From: Epithemia pelagica
Taxonomy: Eukaryota; Protista; Bacillariophyta
Direction of reading: 5' to 3'
Assembly (NCBI GenBank): GCA_946965045.2
Contig: OX337233.1
Span: 1,426,001-1,490,000 of the forward strand
DNA: 64,000 nt
The position numbers were made by a program, and so were the translations under genes. Below the pieces are notes generated by a model. It worked only from the letters and a program-made list of their open reading frames with translations, was not told the DNA's origin and ran no database searches. Every line of letters begins with the position of its first letter. The stretch's first letter is position 1. Below, piece after piece: positions 21,647 through 33,778 of the stretch.

Positions 21647-22277
21647 TCTTGTTCCAGTTTGTTCAGAATCGCGTGCCGAAATGTTGGATGCGTACAAGGG
21701 TTGTTGGTTTGGGCGGATTGTGGACAGTGAATCGGACGACATGGTTCCATCACCTCGGGCGCTCTCTCAATTCCCAATTCCTTCTGTTGTCCCGTTCTCA
21801 GTTCTGTTGCATCTCCATGATCCGTAAAAATTCTCAGCGTCCAGATAAGTCACCTATCGTGACGATTAGCGATATACGTCGCGCCCGTGAGACATGCGAT
21901 TGATCCACACCTGTCCACGTCACGCAGATGCGACTTCGAGATGGTCGCGGAAAACGGAATCCGTCGCCCCCCTCCGCTCCGCCTCGGGGCACACAAGAAC
22001 AGAAGCAGAGGGTCACGCATAAGCCCATTGTTCTCATCGGTCGCTGGTACACCAAAAAGACCCGCCGCACACGCAAGAGACCCTCTATCAAACGAGTCGA
22101 GAAAGAGACACCGAACAAGGCAACTAGATTACAGCCACAGAATATACACGGAGACTTGCCTCTGTGTTCGAAACGAAAAGACAATAGAGCCGAATCCTTT
22201 GGAGTTGGCAAAGGAAGGCGAGGCGTCAATCGTTCGGGAAGAAGCTCATTCCCAAAAGCCGCTCCCAAACTCCTGTC

Positions 22278-25200
22278 ATGTCCCTGTTGGGAGGAAGTGG
22301 TGCACTGACGGGCGACATTTGGTCGACCGGAGCGTTTTCCTTCGAGTCGCCTCTCAAAGATCTTTTGGACAGTAAGAATTATACACTGGAACAATTGTTG
22401 TCCGAAGATGAATTGCTCCAGGAATTACGCGGTTTGCATCCCATCTTGACCGAGTACTTGTCGTCCGAAGTGGCCTTGACCAAACTGGTGCGGTACATTA
22501 TGCTTCCCCCCTCTCCCCCTCCAAGGACACAAGGAGATGCAGCAGACCACGACGGAGCCGCAGCAGCAACCGCGGATGCCCCAAACTCGGATCAACAAAG
22601 CAATTGGAGTGACGACAAGAACACAACAGCAGCGCAACGATTGAATCGTCAACTTGAAAAACGAAAATCAGGAGATTGCAAAACCTCTCCGGATCCAGAG
22701 TTCCGGCGGATTCGCTTTCCGTACATGGCGTGTGAGATTATATGCTGCGAACTAGACGGAATCATTGCCACATTGGTGGATGGTTTTGTTCGAGAAGAAG
22801 AGGAGGATACGAATGAATCAGCTACTAGTGTGGGAGATGAAACCTCGAGAGCTCGGATATTGGATGTGTTCTTTGGTGTTTTGTACGACACACCTCCTGG
22901 ACAACTCGATGACTACCGGGCTGGATATTTTGAAAAGATTTTATCTCTCTTATTTCGCAAAAAGCCAGTGGAAATGTCCACGTACATTAATTCGGGAGGG
23001 GACCGGGGCCAAAAAAGTCTCATGGAAGCCATGATGAAACACTTGTATTCCAACTCGGTGATGCAGATTCTTCAGCGTCTCTTGTTGCCTCCACGACCCA
23101 AGCCACAACAGGCGGCTGAAGGTGAGGATGAATCCAACAATACGGTTGGCGCCGAAATTGCCGATGGAGACGCCGATGACCAAGCGGTCGGAGGCCAGGA
23201 TATTTTGGCTGGAGAAGAAGAGGATGGAGAAGCAGCCTTTACCTGTGATTGGCCTTCGTCCGGAGGACTGGCGATTGATATGCTTCTTCAACGTCTGATT
23301 AACCCAGATCCCCTTCTCCAGGAGAATGAAGGGACATCTCCCATATTAAAACCTCTCTCCGCGGTAGAGACGGACCAGTCCATGGACGAACAAAGACTTA
23401 ACATGTCCTTGAATGCTTCGGAGGTGCTCATTACCGTGATTCAAAACTCGATGCTGTCCAGTGAAACCATGCTGTACTTGACATCACTGGAACCAATGCA
23501 AAGACTGGTCGTCGCCGCCACATCGCTGCGGGATGAGACTACGTTTCCCCTACATGAATCCTTGGTCACTTCGGCCATGAATGTTGTAGAAAGCGTCATT
23601 TTGCAATTGGGTGGATATGGTGCTGTGGGAACCATGGCAGTTCTCGAACCGGCTCAAGAACAGGAAGTGAATCCAGCTGTTGGTACTTCTACACCCACTG
23701 ATCCAATGGGCGAAGAACCACCAGAGGGCCCCCTATCTTCAAAGCTTTCCTCCGAATCCAATCCTGGCCCGAAACAGCCGCTCATTGCTGATCTCACTGC
23801 TCTTCTCCATGTTCTTCCCGAACTTTTGTATGGATTTTCCAACTTGCTACGACATCCCTCCACCAAAGAATGGACATCGCCTCTTCAGTTCTCGCAGAGC
23901 AATCCAGTGCAACTTCTAGGAACCCCCAGATTGCGTATTGTACGGGTACTGGAAAGTCTAGTGCTATTGGGGGATCCGGTGGTGGATAGTAACCTGGTCC
24001 AGTCAGATTGCTTGGCCATTTGCCTGGATTTATTCTGGGAGTTTCAGTGGTGTTCCATGCTCCATCAGTCGGTCGCCAACTTGCTGGTTCATGTGTTTGA
24101 GGGACAGAGTGAACGTTTGGAAATTCAGGCATATTTCATTTGCCGGTGTAACCTGATTGCAAGATTATTGGATTCCTTTGTTGAAGTGGACGCCAACCAA
24201 ACGGGAGACCACCATGGAGCAGAATTGGATTACGACGGGTCAGGGAATGCCGATACCACTGGACCAAAAGAAGGAGAATCAAACCCCGCCGATGTTCTAC
24301 CTGTTTCGGAAGATGATATTGATGCCGCAATGGAGAAACAGCAAGAAGATGAAGAAAAGGCATCATCAGGAGAAGACGAAGAAAGAAAAAGTGGAACGCC
24401 TTCTCTTGATGCCGTTTCGACAGAAGCTGTCATGGAAACTCCCGATGCTTCATCCATGACCGGGATTGCAGCTCCAGCACAAGCGTTCCGATATGGGTAC
24501 ATGGGTCATGTTATAATTGTAAGTCAGGCATTGGTTCAAGCATGTGCAGGAAGCGAAGCATATAATGGAGACCAAGCCAGCGGTGAAGGTCAACCACATA
24601 TGCAAGAAGGAATGATTTCTGATGGAGAAGAAGTTCCTGAGAATCCCAGGGGAATGGGGTTGGATGGGCCCATAATGATTGCCGATCTTGTCACAAACCA
24701 CGAATTGTTCGACCGGTGGCAAAGCTTTGTGGAGACAACTTTAGCGTCGGAGATCACTGTACAATCGACTCCATTGGGAGGCATGAGTTTCCCACCCTCA
24801 GATCCCCTACAGGCTGCTCGACCCGAAGTACTCGGAGGTCGACGGCCTGGTCTGGCGGATGATGGTGATATCGGTGACGGAGACGGTGCCATGGCTCCAC
24901 TACCTCCTCGTGGAATGCTAACTGCTAGCGATATTAATGACATTGATGAACGTGACTTGGAAGTCGCAGCTTCTATGATGGCGGGCTTAACATTTGGTCG
25001 CCCCTCACAAGATGACGGGGCATCGGTCAATTCGGGAGACTCAGAAAGATCTTACAACTCTGGGGAAACGGCACATTCAGGAGGCTATCTGTTTGATGAC
25101 CCACTGGGACAAGCCGGGGGAAGTCTAGGGATTGAACTCGGCAGGTTGACGCAATATAAAGCGGGGGAAAGTGAGTCTAACCGCAGGAATATGGACGATA

Positions 25201-26003
25201 GCGATGGCGAGGGTGATGAGGATCACAGCTCCTCTGATGAGGAAGAAACTCCAGATCCAGGCAATGAAGACGACGTGCCTGTTATGGACCTGTTTGCTGG
25301 GAACTTTAATTATGCGACTGGGGGCGAACAAGAAAGTCCTGGAGAAGAAGCTGCGTTTGATTTTGCCAACTTTGACAATGTAGCATTTGACAATGGTGGA
25401 GATGCTGAAGACGCATTTGGTGACTTCACGAGCGCTTCTGCTTTCCCGGCAGCTACAATGACCAACGACGCCGAAATGGAAGGCAACGCTGCTATATCAG
25501 ATGCCGATGACATTTTTGGAAGTGGGAGTAATTCGAGCCTGCTGGATGATTTGACAGAGGCTGACACAGAAACCCAACCCGCTAGACCGGAACCGGAATA
25601 CGATGGGGAGGATTACGAGCCGCCTGCTTCGTCGACTGGTGCGGAGATGGTGGTTGTACCAACAGAATCATCACCCGAAGCAGAACAGGAACAAACCAAC
25701 CCGCAGACGGATAAAGAAATGGTTGTCGTCCAGACTTCCGAGTCACCTGCAGAGACCCAACAGCCAGATACGAATCGAACATCCGAAGATACTGGTCCTG
25801 GTGACAAATCCAACGAGATCAGCACCGAGCATTCAAAAGTTGTCGATGACGAGAAATCCCAATCAACAACAATGACTATCGATGATGATGTAGCTGAAGG
25901 ATCATCAGCGGCGACACCAACCGAGGCGGAACTGTCTCCATCAACTTCACCGGACCAAGAAACTGGAGACAATCCGCCAAAAGAAGGGGTTCTAGTATCG
26001 TGA
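22278..26003 (+). CDS. SIT4/PP6 phosphatase-associated protein (SAPS domain), 1241 aa, with long acidic tail
   Basis: N-terminal FSFESPLKDLLD...TLEQLLSEDELLQEL, FPYMACEIICCE, LDLFWEFQWCSMLHQSV and RYGYMGHVIIVS are SAPS-family motifs. Confidence 0.9.
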   Translation: MSLLGGSGALTGDIWSTGAFSFESPLKDLLDSKNYTLEQLLSEDELLQELRGLHPILTEYLSSEVALTKLVRYIMLPPSPPPRTQGDAADHDGAAAATADAPNSDQQSNWSDDKNTTAAQRLNRQLEKRKSGDCKTSPDPEFRRIRFPYMACEIICCELDGIIATLVDGFVREEEEDTNESATSVGDETSRARILDVFFGVLYDTPPGQLDDYRAGYFEKILSLLFRKKPVEMSTYINSGGDRGQKSLMEAMMKHLYSNSVMQILQRLLLPPRPKPQQAAEGEDESNNTVGAEIADGDADDQAVGGQDILAGEEEDGEAAFTCDWPSSGGLAIDMLLQRLINPDPLLQENEGTSPILKPLSAVETDQSMDEQRLNMSLNASEVLITVIQNSMLSSETMLYLTSLEPMQRLVVAATSLRDETTFPLHESLVTSAMNVVESVILQLGGYGAVGTMAVLEPAQEQEVNPAVGTSTPTDPMGEEPPEGPLSSKLSSESNPGPKQPLIADLTALLHVLPELLYGFSNLLRHPSTKEWTSPLQFSQSNPVQLLGTPRLRIVRVLESLVLLGDPVVDSNLVQSDCLAICLDLFWEFQWCSMLHQSVANLLVHVFEGQSERLEIQAYFICRCNLIARLLDSFVEVDANQTGDHHGAELDYDGSGNADTTGPKEGESNPADVLPVSEDDIDAAMEKQQEDEEKASSGEDEERKSGTPSLDAVSTEAVMETPDASSMTGIAAPAQAFRYGYMGHVIIVSQALVQACAGSEAYNGDQASGEGQPHMQEGMISDGEEVPENPRGMGLDGPIMIADLVTNHELFDRWQSFVETTLASEITVQSTPLGGMSFPPSDPLQAARPEVLGGRRPGLADDGDIGDGDGAMAPLPPRGMLTASDINDIDERDLEVAASMMAGLTFGRPSQDDGASVNSGDSERSYNSGETAHSGGYLFDDPLGQAGGSLGIELGRLTQYKAGESESNRRNMDDSDGEGDEDHSSSDEEETPDPGNEDDVPVMDLFAGNFNYATGGEQESPGEEAAFDFANFDNVAFDNGGDAEDAFGDFTSASAFPAATMTNDAEMEGNAAISDADDIFGSGSNSSLLDDLTEADTETQPARPEPEYDGEDYEPPASSTGAEMVVVPTESSPEAEQEQTNPQTDKEMVVVQTSESPAETQQPDTNRTSEDTGPGDKSNEISTEHSKVVDDEKSQSTTMTIDDDVAEGSSAATPTEAELSPSTSPDQETGDNPPKEGVLVS

Positions 26004-26391
26004 ACAAAACCAGTTTTGTTGCATCTTTCAGGTTTCAATACAGCGTAATGGCTTAAAGATTAAAATGTATGTGAATTGAGTGTGATACAGCCTGCGACTG
26101 CAGGAGTTTTTCTTAGTTCGGAATGAGCCGATTGTCTCCTTCCGTTGAAGTCGAGCAGTTCTTCTTTCAATCCGTTTCTTTGCCTTGGCTTTACTCAAAA
26201 ACAGTTTCGGTCATACCTGAAGTGACCCCTAGCTATGTGGTCCAAATGCTAAAGCGGACATAGTTCCGAGTTCCTTGCCGTCGTGTCAAAACCACCCTTG
26301 GAGATGACCGACCGTGGCTTGCTGTGCGTTCGGAGTTCGGGGTCGTCAAAATCGTGTCATTCATTTGGGTGTGGGTGACGGGATTCTTACC

Positions 26392-27123
26392 ATGGATACG
26401 AATACCAATCAGCCCTTTGACAAGTCGTTTGGCAATGAAGACAAGCCAAATGCCAGGGATGATCCAGACTCTGAGGGAACAAGCGAGACGGAGGAGCAAC
26501 CTCAAAAGAAAAAAGCCCGAGGATCATTTCAAGACGATGAGGAGGATTCTTCAGATGAAGATAGTTCCATGGTGAGCAGCCTCCCGAGATCGATAGAGGC
26601 TTCTTCAAATGAAAATAGTTCCATGGTGAGCAGCCTCACGATGAAACCAGTCCTCTTGTCGGGAGAGGCTGGTGCAGAGACTTCCACCGCAAGCAGCGTC
26701 ACGACCACTCCACCGTCCCCTTTTATCCAAGAGGACGACGATTCAACCACCACATCCTCGGAAGCATTCCCTTCAGAGGAGGAACAGGAAGAGCTCAACA
26801 ACCTTGTTCTGGATCTGCTTATTGCAACACGTGCACCTTTCTCGGTGGTTGAACGCCCATCCTTTCACCGACTTATCAATTTTCTTCGTCCAGGTGTCAG
26901 TGCTTGCCTTCCTTCCAGGCAACTTCTGCGCGAAATGTACCAGGAGCGACAAAAGTTTGATGAAATGTGCAAGGAGCGACAAAAGAATGTTGCAGATAGT
27001 AAGCGTGCGGCTAAGGCGTCAAGAACCGGAATGCCATCCAACATGGATACCTCGAGTACAACCGATGGACCTGGCCAAGAAACTAGAGGCAATCCGCGGA
27101 ACGAAGAGGTTTTAACAGCGTGA
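26392..27123 (+). CDS. Small ORF (243 aa) containing a hAT-transposase-like segment; domesticated or relic fragment
   Basis: LLIATRAPFSVVERPSFHRLINFLRPGVSACLPSRQLL resembles the hAT PFS.VE...F..L...L.P....PSR motif. No DDE domain, and no TIRs were found. Confidence 0.55.
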   Translation: MDTNTNQPFDKSFGNEDKPNARDDPDSEGTSETEEQPQKKKARGSFQDDEEDSSDEDSSMVSSLPRSIEASSNENSSMVSSLTMKPVLLSGEAGAETSTASSVTTTPPSPFIQEDDDSTTTSSEAFPSEEEQEELNNLVLDLLIATRAPFSVVERPSFHRLINFLRPGVSACLPSRQLLREMYQERQKFDEMCKERQKNVADSKRAAKASRTGMPSNMDTSSTTDGPGQETRGNPRNEEVLTA

Positions 27124-27578
27124 ACATTACCGATTTGGTTTCAGCGATCAGCTTCCACAATACTGGGTTACAGAAAACCAAGACTATGGTACAAGTATCC
27201 AATCGTGCGACGGCATTAGTGGCATACCTTCAATGTCAATGAGTGGAAGGTAGGTGACTCTAATCTTTCAACAGATTTCTAACCATAGCATGGTTCGTGG
27301 ATGAATGATCCTCCTCCAAGAGTTGAACAACACCTACTGGAGGACCAAAGACACTCCTTTTTTGAGCTTGCAATTTGCCATGGACAAGAAACAGTAGGAG
27401 TAGGAGAATAGCGTTTCCACATAAATAGGTAGGCAGCATAGTCTTTTGATGGGGTTTGTGTCTGTCCGGCGGTACTTCGGACCGATGTCGTCATTCGCCC
27501 TCTTCGCCGCCCCTCAAAAGATTTTCGCCCCCACAAAATCTCATCTCTTGTTAGATTTGTCGACCATACGATTAGACC

Positions 27579-30036
27579 ATGGCATCTACTGCAGTACTCC
27601 ATCAAGCAGCAAGACGAACGATACCAGCATGGAGCCGGTTCGCCTTTGCTTCTGCCTCTCCCACTCTTCAGTCATATTTGGAAGGCCAGTCATGGCAGAG
27701 GCGATGGATGAGCGAACAAGCCAAGGCGGCCCATCGAAACATTGGAATCTCGGCTCACATTGATAGGTAGGTGAACTTGACAAAGCTCCATGTCGAGAGG
27801 GGAAACCATACGAGACTGACACTGCTGTTGCGCTTTGTTCCTGTCTTCTCACAGTGGAAAGACCACGCTGACAGAACGAATCCTATTTTATACGGGTCGG
27901 ATCAAATCCATTCACGATGTTCGAGGAAAGGATGGAGTTGGAGCAAAGATGGATAGCATGGATCTAGAGCGTGAAAAGGGCATTACAATTCAGTCTGCTG
28001 CCACATTTTGTCAATGGAAAGATTCCCATATTAACATTATTGGTGAGTGAGTTTGCGGATATCAGAGTTTGTCGACGGGACGACCACGACGACGAGACGA
28101 GCAACAGACAACAACCAAGGCCATGTTCTCAATAGTGCTCTCTTTCAATGTACGGCGAATAATAGACACACCTGGCCACGTGGATTTTACAATCGAAGTC
28201 GAACGCGCACTTCGTGTGCTAGATGGTGGCATCTTGGTACTTTGTGGCGTTTCGGGGGTACAGTCCCAGTCCTTGACGGTGGATCGGCAAATGAAGAGAT
28301 ACAATGTTCCTCGACTAGCCTATGTCAACAAGTTAGATCGACAAGGATCCAATCCGCCCCGTGTTGTTGAGCAACTTCGTAGTCAGCTGAGTCTCAATGC
28401 TGCCATGGTCCAAGTTCCGATTGGGTTGGAGGATGCCTACGAAGGTGTAGTGGACATTATCGAACAGAAAGCGTACCGCTTCGACGGTGCCAAGGGAGAA
28501 ACGGTTGTCGAGAGCGAGGTTCCAGATGACCTTAAAGATCTTGTCGAGGAGAAACGACTTGAGCTGCTGGAGAGACTCTCCGATGCGGATGACGAAATTG
28601 CGGAAATGTTTTTGATGGAAGAAATGCCAGACGTGGAAACGCTCAAAGCTCATATCCGAAAGGCCGTTATTGCCTGTAAGTTTGTTCCAGTCTTTATGGG
28701 CAGTGCGTATAAAAACAAAGGCGTTCAGCCCCTTTTGGATGGCGTCATTGATTACTTACCAGAACCCAAAGAGAAGACCAATTTTGCCCTCGATCAATCC
28801 AAAAATGAAGAACCTGTGGAAGTAACTTGCAAGGATGAAGATCCCTTACTGGCCCTGGCTTTCAAACTCGACGAAACACAGTATGGTCAACTTACCTACA
28901 TGAGAGTGTACCAAGGAAAGTTGAAGAAAGGGAATTTCATCACGAATGTGTCAACCGGGAAGAAGATCAAGCTTGGTCGAATCGTTCGAATGCATTCCGA
29001 TGAGATGGAAGATATCTCGGAAGCAGGATCGGGAGAGGTTGTGGCCATGTTTGGTATTGAATGCAAGTCCATGGACACATTTAGCGATGGTTCATCGGAC
29101 CTTGTAATGAGCAGTATGTTTGTCCCTGATCCTGTCATGTCTCTCTCAGTCAAACCCGCTGATTCCAACAAACAGAACGCTTTTGCCAAAGCTCTAGGAA
29201 AGTTTACCAGGGAGGATCCAACTCTGCGTGTACATGTCGACCCAGACACAAAAGACGCAATCTGGAGTGGTATGGGAGAATTGCATCTCGAAGTGTACAT
29301 TGAACGCATGAATCGCGAATACAATGTGGAGTGCAAAACGGGACCGCCCAAAGTCAACTACAAGGAGACAATTGGTAGCAAACAGAGGTTTGATTGGACT
29401 CACAAAAAGCAGACTGGTGGTTCTGGTCAGTACGCTCGTGTCATTGGATATATTGAGCCACTCACAGAAGAGGAAATCAAGGAGAAAGGAAAGGGCAACA
29501 TTTTCCAGAACGATTGCATCGGAACGAACATTCCACCTCAATTTTACACTTCCTGTGAAAAGGGAATGGGCGATGCCATGAATGAAGGTGCATTGATTGG
29601 GGCACAAGTGGAACGAGTGAAAGTGGTACTGCAGGATGGAGCTAACCATGCTGTCGACTCCAGTGATTTAGCATTCCGAACGTGTATGGCCAACGCCATC
29701 CGTGACGCAATCAAAAAATCGGGTTCTGCTTCAATTTTGGAGCCCATAATGGATGTGGAGGTTCTGGTCCCCTCAGAGTTCCAAGGAGAGGTGGTTTCGG
29801 GACTCACCCGCCGCCAAGGCTTGATTAAAGACAGCGGTGTGAGTGAGGACGGGACTTCATCTCGTGTGGTGGCGTCGGTGCCCTTGGCCAATATGTTCGG
29901 ATATTCGACAGACGTGCGCAGCCAGACCCAAGGGAAAGGAGAGTTTTCGATGGAATACGTGGATCACGCCGGGGTTCCACGGACGACACAAGAGGAACTG
30001 ATCAAAAAGTTCCAAATGAATGAGGAAGCCGCATAG
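27579..30036 (+). CDS. GFM1: Mitochondrial elongation factor G1 (~748 aa)
   Basis: join(27579..27766,27855..28042,28166..30036). Motifs [46 protein letters not shown] and [11 protein letters not shown]-rich mitochondrial presequence. Confidence 0.96.
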
Positions 30037-30382
30037 TTTCGCTGGGGAATTACTGCTGGACCATTTGTTCATAGTTTGACTTAGCCAATCACTCGTTTAA
30101 TTGAACAGTAGGTGATGGCCATTGTGTAATCGCAGCGTAGAACTCTGGTCGTCTCTTGTAATACGTAAGAATAGTCTTTATACACGACATGGAAAAAATG
30201 GGTAGATGGATTTCCCACCCTAACCATACAATTGATGCTGTATAATTCATGTCGCAGGATTTTGTCGTTCGACAAGGCATGGAAAAAGATGAGCAGACAA
30301 CTCATTGGATTGATTTCGCACACTACATCCGCCCGCGAGGTAAGAGAGAAGTCCTCCTAAATTTATTGAGATACTCTATAGT

Positions 30383-33300
30383 TCATGTCGCAGGATTTTG
30401 TTGTCGCGACTGCAGTGATTCACCTTCTGCTGTTAGTTCCTTCAATTTCGACAAACCAAGGACAGTGGCCGGCTCCACACCTACATCTCGAACCGACAGG
30501 TGAAAACACTTGAAATCGAGGTACACCTGCAGCTTTAGTTTCTCTCCATCACTCATTCCACCGGCAGCAATGCGCCTAGCTTTTCGATTCTTCAAGGCAA
30601 CTTCGGTTCGTTGTACAGTCGTCAGCAATTCGTCCACTGCCGCTGCATAGCGGTCCGCAACTGAAACGACAATCTGTTGTTTCCACTTAGCTCCAATCAT
30701 TTCTGGCGTTCGATTTCTAAAGGATTTACTGAAGTCGTTGAGCGGTCTGAAAATTGTTGGTACAAATGAGGATGGTTGAGTTGGAGGGGGGCGGTTGGTC
30801 ATTCGGTACATCACGGCTACTCCCTTGACGGCGGACAAAGGTCCAGAACATTTGGCGGTGAGAAGTTTCACTATGATTTGGTTCCAAGATTTGTCAATGA
30901 CTGGTTGAATCTGCGCTGATGCTTCAGCAAGAACATCGGATATCAAACCTCTCAGTTCCGTTGATTCTTCAGCCGTTGATTCCGGTTTGCCTCTGTCAGT
31001 CAACGCTGCCTTTTCTTGTAGAGCATGGCAAACCTGGTCAACATAATCGGTACGAATGGAGGAATCAAGAATGGCAAGCTCCCACGCAACGGCAGCAACA
31101 TCGTCTTCACTGTCCCCCCAACAATAGGGAGCTCGAACAGGTGGGTTGGCTTCTTCCTCTGTCAGTAGGATTCCATCTTCGGAAGCGCCACCATTTCTAT
31201 TTGTAGTTTCTTTTGGTTTTTCTTCTTCACCAAAACTAATCTTCCCATCCAAACTGTCATTGATAAAAGAAATCGTCCGTCCCACAAGTTGGGTCGATCC
31301 ACGCAAAAATCGTTTGGCAAGCGGTCTCAAAATGACATTGGAACTCCACAAGTCACATAAAGTGTCGTACAATTCCAAAAACAAGGACAATTCAAATCCG
31401 CTTTGACTCTTGAGCTCTTGCGCACGCTCTTCACTGCCCGTGAATACTTGAGCAATCCACCCTTCGCGTCGGGTTTGATCCAATGCCTTGTTCACACGTG
31501 TACACGAATCTCCAAATCGCAATTGGTAGTAAATTGGTAAGTTCCATCGTTTGGAAAACTCGGCTGTCTTGGGATGTGCGTAAATCCTCTCTTGTGCCCG
31601 TGCTATTCTTTCTTGATTGATCGTCAGCAACGAATTCTCCAGGCATCCAAACTCGTCGCCACCACCGCCGCCAACCAATCGTTCTCGCTTAGTCTCGGAG
31701 GACTCGTCTGCCGTCTCGTGGTTTGGACGCAACAATCGACGGGCCAATTCAGACAAGAAGGTGTCCAACGCTACGTAATTGGCTTGCAAGACGGAAGCAA
31801 TACCGGGTGAAAAAATGGCCATTTTGATGGCACTATCGGCCATGAGGGCTGTCACAATAGGCACCCAAACGCCCGCCGTGATCAAATCCACATCCAAGCG
31901 CAGTTGTGGGGGAGCGGAGACAGATGTAGTGGAATCGGGGGATTCCCCTTGTTGTCCTTCGTGCGATGATACTGTTGGTTCCAAATGAAACATGGCTTCC
32001 CCCAAACACAAGAGGGGTCCATAGGTTTGTTGGACGGCCGTGGCCATTTCTTCCAATAGCGATGAAAGTCCGGCGCATTCGCCTCGCGATCCTCCCTGAT
32101 CCAATCGTCCCATAGACACTTTGGACCGAATGAGTGGCATTATGGCAACTCGGGCAAAAATCGATTCGACATCGGCGCCCCGTCCCAAAATGGCCAATCC
32201 TCGCATACAATGACCAAACATGATCCACAAATCGACATATTGTTGTTGCTGTTGTTCGTCCAAAGTTGTATCGTCATTGGTACTTGCAGCTCCACCATCA
32301 TTGGATGTGAGAGCCAAGGAATTTGCCGAAGTCGGGGCAGACGAACCATTCCATGCATTGCCACTGGTGGGTGGCGCGGATACAGTGTCTGTTGTTTTGG
32401 TGTTGGTGGTAGAGCCATTGCTGGTTTGTGTTTGTTGTTGTTGGACGTGATCTAGTTGTAAGAGCAAGTCTTCCATGGCTTGCAGCAATGCCGTGACAGT
32501 ATTGGATTCGAATCGTCGAATCCGAGGTGCCAATCGCAACATCCATTGCGCCAATTCCGTGTCATGTTGATCCTCTCCTTGCAAAATATTCGAGGAAGAC
32601 GACTGCAAGGTTTTCGTGGGTGTGCTGTTGCTTCCTCCTCGACTGGGAGAATGAGTCGATGAGGTTGTGGTGGTGGCATGACGCACTTGTTCATTGGCCA
32701 CGTGCAATTCCGCCAACAAACAACTGGTCAAATGAGCCGCACGTTCCAGTGGGGCAATCAAATCCAACTCTGTTTACAAAAGAATTCATAAAAGACGCAC
32801 AAGAACAAGAAGATTGTCCCGAAAGGGAATGGTTCCCCAAGGATCATGGCGCAAAAACGAAAGAAAACAGTCAGCAATACCAAATATCATTCAGAATCGC
32901 GTCACTATGGATAGTATCTTTCCTTCCATGCAAGTGACACTGTTTCGGGGAAAACAAGAAAAACTACATGACTCACCCATTGTCGTGGAAGTTCCACCGT
33001 CTTCGACCAGTCGTTGAGAAGAACTACCACCACCTAGTTTGTGTTTGGTCCGATGTGTTCGATACTGTTCGACGGCGCGTTCGGCGGCTTGCAAATCGGC
33101 ATAGAGATTGGCGGCCGCTTGTGCTTGTTGAATCCGTCGGGCTTGATGTTGCACCTTGGAGGCGGCCGTCACCAAGGCTTGCAATTTTTGTAAAGCTTGT
33201 GTTTCGGCTTGTTCCACCGTCGATACAAAGGGTTGCAATTGCGTCATGAGATTGTGCAAATCCGGTGGCAAGGTAGACAAGGACGATCCCATGTGCAACA

Positions 33301-33778
33301 AGTGTTGTCCCGACTGCGACGAGGCCAATTTTTGGGTCAAGATTTGAGAATGTTGAGCACTAGCCTCCCGTAATTGACGCAATCGATATTCCAACCCTGA
33401 AGTGGACAAGGAGGATGATATGACGGGAGGAATCAAGGCTTCCAGATCAACGGATGGAGGACTAGTTGTAGTGGTTGTTGTACTGGTCGATGACGATGGT
33501 GGCATGGCACCACCACCACCACCACCACCATCTTTTTCTTGTGCACCATCGTCCACCTGGCCATTGGAACCCGTGAATGTTGTTGTTTCGGGAGCTTCAC
33601 CTTTAGGTTTGTTTCTGCTATCCGAAGTACCATCACCACCACCATTGCTCACAATGGACGACGATTCGCCGGACGTGACACTCGTCCTCATGGCGGTTAA
33701 GGAAGTTGTAGTAGTACTAGAGGAACCATTGGTTTCCCTGCCTTGCTTGTGAATTGCGACCGTATCAGTCCCAGTCAT
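30383..33778 (-). CDS. COG2: Conserved oligomeric Golgi complex subunit 2 (~1062 aa)
   Basis: join(complement 33778..32977,32769..30383) with a 207-bp intron. RWNLPIYYQLRF and C-terminal GMSDGEKLKLQVYLD match COG2 signatures. The N-terminus is divergent. Confidence 0.82.

Noticed and set aside
25640-25770. Duplicated EMVVVxTxxSPxxxQ peptide in the SAPS tail
   Set aside because: Ordinary small duplication in a disordered acidic tail.
26000-27580. Search for hAT TIRs and an 8-bp TSD around the transposase-like ORF
   Set aside because: None found; only a weak local hairpin near 26233-26263, so it is not called an intact element.
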